Shown here: piece after piece, positions 17,898 through 24,000 of the stretch
Numbering within the stretch: the first letter of the stretch is position 1
How the letters are laid out: every line of letters starts with the position of its first letter
Assembly (NCBI GenBank): GCA_046538175.1
Contig: JBKHJI010000006.1
Location: forward strand, 16,106 to 40,105
From: Candidatus Bathyarchaeia archaeon
Lineage (GTDB): Archaea; Thermoproteota; Bathyarchaeia; Bathyarchaeales; SOJC01
Direction: 5' to 3'
Length of the DNA: 24,000 nucleotides
The notes under the pieces: generated by a model
The model's input: only the letters and a program-made list of their open reading frames with translations
Told to the model about the DNA's origin: nothing
The model's database searches: none
Program-made: the position numbers and the translations under genes

Positions 17898-18334
17898 CTA
17901 CTGAATCTTCAAGATTTCTTTAGTTTTAACCACAAATTCTTCAGCTGTTCTTATGACATCAAGAGCACCTTCTTCAGAAAACGTGAGACCATAATCTGGT
18001 GTCTGCCGGAGATTCATTGCATCTTCAAATCCTTGAATTAGAGAGGATTCAAGTTCATCACTGAAAAGCTCTTGAATAGAAACTAAAAGCGCGTAATGAC
18101 TCTTTTCACGAAACCTTTGCTGTATAGTAATGCTCTTGCAGCATAAAAAATCGAGTAGTAACCCTGGACTATAGCCCATTTGAAATTTTCATCTTTCAAA
18201 GAATTCCTTGCAGTTTCAAGGTCCGATTCCGCTCCTTCTATTTCTTTGAGGACAAATTTTCTATCTGGCTTAATTCTGATAAGCCTTCTTTCTTCGAGCA
18301 ACCGTTTGAATTTGAAACTTACTCGTGTTCCCAT
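17898..18334 (-). pseudogene. HEPN-domain protein (toxin partner of MNT), split by a 1-nt frameshift
   Basis: Track ORFs 18083..18334 and 17898..18179 are the two halves of one HEPN domain. The first ends ...AIVQGYYSIFYAARALLYSKGF. The second continues (F)REKSHYALLVSIQ...NLRQTPDYG. The frames join at the aaa run 18111..18113 (TTT on the coding strand), and one extra T would restore a single ORF. Confidence 0.7.
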
Positions 18335-18861
18335 AGCGTTATACCTTTTGAAATCCTTTCATACAAGGGCTTGTCCTTTGTCTTCATTTTCGCAAGTCCG
18401 TTTGAATCAACAATTATTGGAGCAATTCTTCTGTTAATTTTTTGTTTATAAAGTCTTACTTCACGTTGAACGGTTTCCACGTCAGATGTTAATACGAATA
18501 TATCTATGTCGCTATCTCTCACATCGGTTCCTTTAGCACAACTTCCGAACAAGACAACTCTGTCCGAGACTTCTTTGATTTTCTCAATCAATTCGTTAAG
18601 AGCTAATACATTGAACAAGACTTTGAACTGTCTTGCAGCAGGATTCTTCAAGTTTGCTCTGTAAAGATTTGTTTTTCCTCGTCTACTCATCTCAACAAAA
18701 CCTGCTTGGTGGAATTTTCGCAAAAATTGATTCACCGCACCTACGCTTACAGTTGTTAGCCGGGCTATCTCTCTTCCATGAAATTGACCCATCGGATTGG
18801 ATAAGAGAAAATATAAAATTTCAAGACTTTTGCCAGTTATAAAATCCGTTTGTTTGGACAT
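18319..18861 (-). CDS. minimal nucleotidyltransferase (MNT) antitoxin-type protein with N-terminal winged-helix domain
   Basis: 180 aa. The N-terminal wHTH-like segment is GREIARLTTVSVGAVNQFLRKFHQAGFVE. The MNT signature is VLFGSCAKGTDVRDSDIDIFVL. Its 3' end overlaps the HEPN start by 16 nt. Confidence 0.85.
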   Translation of the reverse strand: MSKQTDFITGKSLEILYFLLSNPMGQFHGREIARLTTVSVGAVNQFLRKFHQAGFVEMSRRGKTNLYRANLKNPAARQFKVLFNVLALNELIEKIKEVSDRVVLFGSCAKGTDVRDSDIDIFVLTSDVETVQREVRLYKQKINRRIAPIIVDSNGLAKMKTKDKPLYERISKGITLWEHE

Positions 18862-18862
18862 A

Positions 18863-19339
18863 CTAAAACTCTATTCCTATTCTTCTGACCATTATTTCTG
18901 CTATTTCAGAAAGCGTGATCCATTGCTTTCGAGGCTTCATTATTTGTTCGTTTCCGCTTCTCGAAGGCAGAATCCGCTTATGCGAATTTATCATAATCCT
19001 TAGGTTCCTCAATGTATCAGCGTAGCTTGAGCCAATGAAATCAAAGAATCGCTTAAGATTGTAGTACCCAAATACCCTTAACCTGTAGCAATCCTCAGTT
19101 ATTTTCAAAACACTCGAGCCTAAGCTACTATTCTTTCTTAAGTGAAACTCAATGATGTAGCGGATGTTCATTGATCTAAGGAAATGAGCAATTTTCTGAA
19201 GTAAATCATGGTTTGTGTTCGTTATAATGATTTGTTTTTGTGTGACATAGATAAATCCATCTCCATCAAAGAAACCTCTAACATAATCTCTAGAAATCGG
19301 AGAACTTCCTTGTAAGGAACGTTCATTTTTTTGTTGCAT
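18863..19339 (-). CDS. free-standing LAGLIDADG-family homing endonuclease-like protein (single motif)
   Basis: 158 aa. The N-terminal motif YVRGFFDGDGFIYV matches the LAGLIDADG consensus, and the size fits homodimeric single-motif members. Its TAG stop lies 1 nt before the MNT ATG. Confidence 0.7.
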   Translation of the reverse strand: MQQKNERSLQGSSPISRDYVRGFFDGDGFIYVTQKQIIITNTNHDLLQKIAHFLRSMNIRYIIEFHLRKNSSLGSSVLKITEDCYRLRVFGYYNLKRFFDFIGSSYADTLRNLRIMINSHKRILPSRSGNEQIMKPRKQWITLSEIAEIMVRRIGIEF

Positions 19340-19543
19340 ATGTTCATTAAAATGAACAAATCTCCTTAAATATCTTTTCGCTATTTTGTCGTTTTTTTCT
19401 TACTGAGCACCCGCATCACAGAACTTTGAGGAATCAGAATGCTAAAGCAAATCCCCTAATCTTCGAAGAGTAGAAAACTAGGTTTCTTGCCGATTTTCAG
19501 TTAACGGGTTGCCATTGTTTTACTTATATCTTGCTCAAAATTG

Positions 19544-19580
19544 TGGTGGGGTCGCTGGGATTTGAACCCAAGCCGAATGG
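19544..19580 (-). tRNA. tRNA 3'-terminal fragment (T-arm, 3' acceptor strand, CCA); not a complete gene
   Basis: The minus-strand reading is ...CCATTCGGCTTGGGTTCAAATCCCAGCGACCCCACCA. This gives a T-stem/loop TTGGG-TTCAAAT-CCCAG, an acceptor 3' strand CGACCCC, a discriminator A and CCA. I found no matching 5' acceptor strand (GGGGTCG), D-arm or canonical anticodon arm upstream. Confidence 0.6.
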
Positions 19581-19644
19581 AGAAGTCTCCCGCAAATTCC
19601 CCTTTTTTTGGCGGGTTTCTTTGAACTAGAATGTTAATCAACGT

Positions 19645-19788
19645 GTGGAGGTGACATCATTGGCGGATGTAAAAGCTGTTAAGTGTCCAGAATACGGTTG
19701 TCAGCGAGTGTGGAAGACCGGCTTACGGCATAGTCGTTTGGGCGAGGTGCAGCGGTATCTGTCCGACCAAAAGATGGGTTACCCCTGA
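19645..19788 (+). pseudogene. possible remnant of a transposase N-terminal zinc-ribbon domain
   Basis: This 47-codon ORF, absent from the track, reads ...VKCPEYGCQRVWKTGLRHSRLGEVQRYLSDQKMGYP*. It resembles the CPxCG...KxG...G..QRYxCxxCG..F ribbon of IS1/IS6-type transposases, but several Cys positions are lost and no catalytic domain follows. Confidence 0.3.
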
Positions 19789-19850
19789 AATATCTGTGAG
19801 TTGAAACCATTAGTGCTCTTTTCATGTTTTTTCATCGAAAACTGCCGAAT

Positions 19851-20390
19851 TCACCGAATGTGGATATTTTTTCCTTTGCCCTTCTTTTTGAGTCGTACCT
19901 CGAGAACGCCATTCTTGAAGGAGGTCTTGACTGGCTTGGGGTCCACTTCCTCTGGGAGCAGCAGCTCCTTGTGGTATTTCCTTTGCGGGGTGTTAACGCT
20001 GATAGTAATTCCTCCCTTGGACGCATGAAGTTTTATGTCATCCTTTTCGACGCCTTGAAGTTCGGCTACCACCACAACCTCTTCTGCCTCACCTAACACG
20101 TCCACTAAAGGTTCTCTTTCCCCCATGATTCGAGGATCGTAGCGGCCCCTTTGTATGTTATCGAACTCTCTTATTCTAGGCCTTCCTTCGGGGCTCCTGG
20201 TAATGGAGAAGACGTAGACGGGGGATTTAATCCGTTTGTTCTTCATGGTCGCTTCGAAGGAACTGAAGGCTTGGCGCATCATCTCATCTATCATTTCTTC
20301 CATCATCTTCTCGATCCTGTCAATTTCGTGGAAGACATTGGACCGAGGATACCTCTCTTTCCGCCATTTTTCCCACCATCTGTCTCTCAT
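19851..20390 (-). CDS. small heat-shock protein, Hsp20/alpha-crystallin family
   Basis: 179 aa. The alpha-crystallin domain reads VDVLGEAEEVVVVAELQGVEKDDIKLHAS...LLLPEEVDPKPVKTSFKNGVLEVRLKK. Confidence 0.9.
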   Translation of the reverse strand: MRDRWWEKWRKERYPRSNVFHEIDRIEKMMEEMIDEMMRQAFSSFEATMKNKRIKSPVYVFSITRSPEGRPRIREFDNIQRGRYDPRIMGEREPLVDVLGEAEEVVVVAELQGVEKDDIKLHASKGGITISVNTPQRKYHKELLLPEEVDPKPVKTSFKNGVLEVRLKKKGKGKNIHIR

Positions 20391-20493
20391 TTAGATCTCT
20401 TCCGCGACAGACAATTCGAAGGGCCTCTTAAAAACCCTCTTTTAGTGCAAACTCCGATTTAGAAAACTCTAGAATGGGGTTCTTCACCTTTTC

Positions 20494-20515
20494 CGTGCTA
20501 GGGTGTTGCTGAATT
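20494..20515. repeat. left terminal inverted repeat of the IS
   Basis: CGTGCTAGGGTGTTGCTGAATT matches the reverse complement of 21474..21495 (CGTGCCAGGGTGTTGCTAAATT) at 20 of 22 positions, by hand alignment. Confidence 0.75.
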
Positions 20516-20563
20516 CTTTGTTTTGACATTTTTGTGTTTATGATCTTGTATGGAGGGAGGCGG

Positions 20564-21451
20564 ATGTTTAAGGGATGTCCTTTCCGGACTTGGTTAGATA
20601 ATGTTGAAGAAAATGTTCGTGAGCTTTATCATAAGGATGGTGCGGGTAGGCCTCCGCGGAGTGATCCAGAGCTTAGAGGGATATGCGATGTTGAGGATTA
20701 TCGGAAGCCTTATCATCCATCTCAGCTGTGCCGTTTCAGGAAGCGTGTTGGTCCCGAAAGGCTTGGAAAAATAATTAATAGCCTTATCGGTAAGCTGGTG
20801 GATGCTAGGGTCATTAAAGGCGGGATTGTTGCATGTGATGCCACATTCATAAAAGCCTATAGCAAGCGTGATCCACATGACGATTCAAGGGGACATTCTC
20901 ATTCTGAAGCTAAAGTTGATAGGGCTGGAAAAACCTATCAGCTTGGATATAAGCTTCAGTTAGCCGTAGATTCAGAATCGGAGCTTCAATTAGCCCTCAT
21001 CGCCGCTCCAGCAAATGAGAATGAGAAAAAACATGCTTCAAAACTAATAGAGAAAGTAGTTAAAGCGACAAAGGGAAATTTGAAGGTTTTCGTAGCAGAC
21101 GCCCAATACTCCAGCCAAAAGTTTAGGAGAGATAGCCTCCCATGGAATAAAACCGGTAATACCATATCCAACAAATCAGCATCCAAACGAGAAGGGATTC
21201 CCACCGTGGACAAGCAGTTCAGAACCCGTGGATCATTCAGGCTGAAAGCTTGTACAAGTATAGATCATCGGTTGAAAGGCCCCTTTTCAACGCTTAAACA
21301 GCATCTAAGCCGAGAACACCAAAAAGTTAGAGACCTAAACAACATAGCTGCACACGTCCTACTATGCATAATATCAATGCTACTCATAGCCCTAACGGCA
21401 CCAAAACTGGAGAAAGCAGAAAGCATAAAATCGATAACATGTACCGCATGA
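20564..21451 (+). pseudogene. DDE transposase (DUF772-type N-terminus plus DDE_Tnp_1-like core), frame-disrupted
   Basis: ATG 20564 follows GGAGGGAGG. The annotated frame has PSQLCRFRKRVGPERL, the first Asp in VACDATFIKA, and the second Asp in VFVADAQYSS. After about 21120 the expected C-terminal motifs appear in the other two frames: GIKPVIPYPTNQ in one, and LYKYRSSVERP at 21250..21282 in the other. The annotated frame resumes at FSTLKQHL after the cccc run near 21280. Confidence 0.65.
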
Positions 21452-21473
21452 TAAAAATCAATGATGGACCATC

Positions 21474-21495
21474 AATTTAGCAACACCCTGGCACG
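21474..21495. repeat. right terminal inverted repeat of the IS
   Basis: AATTTAGCAACACCCTGGCACG is the inverted partner of 20494..20515 (20/22). Confidence 0.75.
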
Positions 21496-21518
21496 CGAAG
21501 CAACACTTATATTTCATT

Positions 21519-21974
21519 TTGAGTCTACACACTCGTGGAGTTGAGCTTTTGGTTATCGAAAACGGGAATATAGTAAAAATACATTATGACGTTAAAATTG
21601 GCGATCGTGTGATCGATACCTCCCGAAACAAAGACCCTGTCGAATTTAAGGTTGGAGAAGGCCAAATTCTTCAAGGCTTAGATGAAGGTGTTGTTGGACT
21701 TGAGAACGGAGAGAAGAAGACTGTAGTTGTTCCACCTGAGAAGGCTTTCGGGCAACGACAGGAAGGCCTCACCAAAAAACTGCCTCGAGACAAATCTAAC
21801 GAACCGGCTAAAGGGATTAACGAGGGAGATATCATTCAGTGCGAAACTGAGCAAGGTGCAGTTATGCATGCCACTATAACGAAGGTTGAAGAGGATAACG
21901 TTACTGTAGATTTAAATCATCCTCTTGCTGGTCAAACAATAACCTTTGATCTGGAGATACTGGATGTTAAGTAA
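21519..21974 (+). CDS. FKBP-type peptidyl-prolyl cis-trans isomerase (SlyD-like, with insert-in-flap)
   Basis: 151 aa. Motifs are VKIHYDVKIGDRVIDTS, FKVGEGQILQGLDEGVVGLENGEKKTVVVPPEKAFG and VDLNHPLAGQTITFDLEILDV. The start is uncertain: TTG 21519 in the track, or the equally plausible TTG 21549. A T5 run follows the stop directly. Confidence 0.85.
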   Translation: MSLHTRGVELLVIENGNIVKIHYDVKIGDRVIDTSRNKDPVEFKVGEGQILQGLDEGVVGLENGEKKTVVVPPEKAFGQRQEGLTKKLPRDKSNEPAKGINEGDIIQCETEQGAVMHATITKVEEDNVTVDLNHPLAGQTITFDLEILDVK

Positions 21975-22027
21975 TTTTTATTGAATAGCTGTCTGTACAT
22001 CTAAAATATTGTCAAATACTTCAAGTG

Positions 22028-22345
22028 TCATCCGTCCATTTTTGGATGGAACCTAACAGAGTTGGGGATTATCGTTAGTTCCTTCAAGCTTAACGTGTTT
22101 ATGACAGCTTCTTTCTCTACCCATCCACGTCTCGCAACGCCAACGCCCAGTCGCATGTACCTTAGATGCTCTCTATCATGAGCGTCAGTGTTTATAGCCA
22201 ACTAACAGCCGGTCTCTGAAGCAGTCCTTGAATTAATGTCGTTCTAGTCGCTCTGGAAAAGAGTTTATCTCCAAGTATGTTTCGGTTCGCTTTGCAGTTT
22301 CAAAAAAGCTCGGAAGCTGCTCAACAAGCTTTCCTTGAGTTTCAG
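22028..22345 (-). pseudogene. decayed PHP-domain phosphoesterase gene (C-terminal half recognisable)
   Basis: My minus-strand translation gives ...FFETAKRTETYLEINSFPERLE. A frame change follows near 22238..22243, then NDINSRTASETGC. An in-frame TAG sits at 22202..22204. The reading resumes LAINTDAHDREHLRYMRLGVGVARRGWVEKEAVINTLSLKEL and ends at TGA 22028..22030. The LEIN and TDAH motifs are typical of PHP/PolX-type domains. More degraded upstream parts may reach about 22700. Confidence 0.5.
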
Positions 22346-23028
22346 AAGACTTTTCGCCTACAAGAGAGATCAAATGCAACAGCCGACTTTTTTCCAGCCT
22401 TCATCACATGCGTTTGTGCGAGGCAAGCCCGCAAAGTCCTCTTAAACTTTTTGGTGGGCTCGTTCGGCTTTCGCTTTCTTTTTGTTTTGACCAACGAGTC
22501 GCCGATTAGGAGGCAGACCGGACAAGATTTTATTGACCATGCAAAGATTTTGCCCTCCGCCTCAAAAATGAGAGCTATCAAGATACAGACAGAGACTTAA
22601 AATGTCGATTCTAGTGTCGGGCTCATACGTGTTTTGATTGTAATCTCCATGGTTTTAGACCCAAACGGCTTCAGGTCGCTCTCCTAATGAATTCTTTCAT
22701 GCTAGGGCAACCGGCAATTATCCCCTAGCTCACTTTTTCAGTATTTCTCAAGACCCATTTGACAGATTTGATGGGCTGTGATATTTTTGTGTTTGGTGCT
22801 ATATCTAAGTGTTGCTTATCCCGGCTTGTTGGAACAGATGTAGTCGCACCTAAAACAGTCTAGGCTTCGCCCGAACTCGCTAAGACAATGGTTGCAGTTG
22901 AATTGTTGCCTCTTTTTCGGTATATCTTGAGGGTGTCATATCCCATGTGTAGGCGCATCATTTTTTCTAGAAAAGCCTTCAAGGGCAGAATTGAGAATTC
23001 GTTTTCGAACTGCGTATTCATAAAAAAG

Positions 23029-24000
23029 TTAGATTGCTTCAGTTCTTTGCTGGGTTAAATCTCGTGCTTCTCTGATTGTTGCACAAGTGAAAAGAGCGTC
23101 CAAATCGATCCAGTAACGACCATTTGGCCATATTCTACCGTTTTTGACCACTTTTGCGGGTTTGAATGGTGTACCCAGTGTGAGTAAGAAATGAGGATTC
23201 CACTCTTCTTCATCTACTGGCAAGTGCTCATGCATCTTCGTAGCTATTTGATAAGTGTCAACATGGTGAATGGACTGCAATTTGCCGTCGTATCTAAATG
23301 CAATGTAGTTAGGTGGATCCGACGGCCAATTTTTGCCTACTGGGTAGAAATATTTTCTCTTCTTCTTGACAATGTCAATCCAGGATAATCTAGACCACTT
23401 AGGTTTTTCTGAACTCAAAGAAACGCAGAAAACCTTGTTCGAGTCTCTTCTCTGCATTCGTATTACCTTTTTGAAGTATGTTGTCAGATTATAAAGCATT
23501 TTTTTCTGATATCCGCTTGATTCGTTGTATGCAACTTCAATCAAACGCAGGATTTCACGCCAAGATATGTACTCGATGGGGATTTTTACTTCGAGTTTCT
23601 TAAGTTGTTGCCGTGCATATTCTTTTCTACATTCACTTATGACGACCAATTTCCTGTCATAAGTCTTGTAGTCCTGAAACCGAGCGCCGTATTTGTCTAG
23701 TTGGTCTTGTGTTGGTAACGCACAGCCGATCTTTGCTTCTATTATTAAAAACGTCTTGCTGTCAATTAACAGCTCTATATCTGTATACCCACGATCCTTT
23801 TCTCCAAATTCTTGAAGCCTGACTTCGCTGCTCTCATCGTCACATCGATACTCTTTACTTGTGACCTTCTGTAGGAAAATTCTGAGCAAATTCCTGTTAT
23901 TTTGGAAGTTCCATCCTAAAGCATAGGTCAAGCCGTTTTCATCACGACCAAGTAGGTCAAAAATACTGTCAATATCCTCTCTATGCAATACGAGTTTCAT
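23029..24000 (-). CDS. PD-(D/E)xK nuclease-family protein with an uncharacterised C-terminal domain
   Basis: 323 aa. The N-terminal half has ENGLTYALGWNF...LLRIFLQKV followed by GYTDIELLIDSKTFLIIEAKIGCALPTQDQLDKY, a D...ExK restriction-endonuclease-like core. The ATG coincides with the last bases of the window, so the true start could lie outside it. Confidence 0.5.
   Translation of the reverse strand: MKLVLHREDIDSIFDLLGRDENGLTYALGWNFQNNRNLLRIFLQKVTSKEYRCDDESSEVRLQEFGEKDRGYTDIELLIDSKTFLIIEAKIGCALPTQDQLDKYGARFQDYKTYDRKLVVISECRKEYARQQLKKLEVKIPIEYISWREILRLIEVAYNESSGYQKKMLYNLTTYFKKVIRMQRRDSNKVFCVSLSSEKPKWSRLSWIDIVKKKRKYFYPVGKNWPSDPPNYIAFRYDGKLQSIHHVDTYQIATKMHEHLPVDEEEWNPHFLLTLGTPFKPAKVVKNGRIWPNGRYWIDLDALFTCATIREARDLTQQRTEAI

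Larger units (their letters stand above)
20494..21495 (+). mobile_element. IS element (IS5/IS1182-like by transposase motifs), probably inactive
   Basis: It is bounded by 22-bp terminal inverted repeats and contains a single DDE transposase gene that is frame-disrupted. I found no target-site duplication. Confidence 0.7.

Noticed and set aside
19544-19660. A complete tRNA gene, possibly with an intron.
   Set aside because: Only the T-arm, acceptor 3' strand and CCA can be folded. The upstream sequence lacks GGGGTCG-type pairing. The only local stem (GGAGA-CT-TCTCC) has a 2-nt loop and cannot be an anticodon arm. It is reported as a fragment instead.
21120-21290. A programmed ribosomal frameshift in the transposase.
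   Set aside because: The motifs hop among all three frames several times within about 170 nt, and I saw no obvious slippery heptamer. Decay or sequence error is the simpler reading.
20486-21503. A target-site duplication flanking the IS.
   Set aside because: The bases outside the inverted repeats (...accttttc on the left, cgaagcaa... on the right) show no direct repeat, so none is claimed.
22277-22600. Track ORFs 22277..22600 (+, 107 aa) and 22342..22581 (-, 79 aa) as real genes.
   Set aside because: They sit on the eroded PHP-domain relic, and neither has recognisable motifs as a stand-alone protein.
22699-22729. The shared 8-mer TGCTAGGG with the IS left inverted repeat, plus a 7-bp hairpin GCTAGGG-N14-CCCTAGC, as a possible solo IR or MITE.
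   Set aside because: Similarity to the IS end stops after 8 nt, which is compatible with chance.
1-24000. CRISPR arrays, rRNA genes and long tandem or dispersed repeats.
   Set aside because: My read-through found no regularly spaced direct repeats and no rRNA-like segments. The only repeat pair found is the IS terminal inverted repeats. This was a scan by eye, not a computed repeat search.

Overview
This looks like an archaeal chromosomal segment: it carries aIF5B, a thiolase/DUF35 pair, GGAGG/GGTGAT-type ribosome-binding sites and a LAGLIDADG gene. All calls rest on reading the supplied translations and the DNA by eye. No database or profile search was possible, so family names are motif-based. 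Positions 1-9.7 kb are housekeeping: infB (aIF5B), an atypical RIO/Bud32-like kinase, and a tightly packed minus-strand acyl-CoA cluster of 3-hydroxyacyl-CoA dehydrogenase, acyl-CoA dehydrogenase, enoyl-CoA hydratase, thiolase, DUF35 partner and acyl-CoA synthetase. Positions 9.9-15.0 kb hold a co-directional, almost gapless minus-strand cassette. It comprises a 637-aa NurA-like nuclease with a large central insertion, an overlapping 631-aa HerA/DUF87-type ATPase, a PfkB-family kinase and a small FUN14-like membrane protein. No mre11/rad50 lies nearby, and this cassette is my best candidate for an undescribed DNA-processing or defence module. Positions 15.3-17.5 kb encode an orphan soluble REC-PAS(x3)-histidine kinase. 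Positions 17.9-24.0 kb are an accessory and gene-decay zone. It contains a wHTH-MNT antitoxin with a frameshifted HEPN partner, an abutting free-standing LAGLIDADG endonuclease gene, an orphan tRNA 3' fragment and a degenerate zinc-ribbon transposase remnant. It also contains hsp20 and an FKBP gene split apart by a roughly 1-kb IS, which has 22-bp terminal inverted repeats and a frame-scrambled transposase. The zone ends with a decayed PHP-domain gene and a PD-(D/E)xK nuclease-family gene at the right edge. I saw no CRISPR array, rRNA or complete tRNA.
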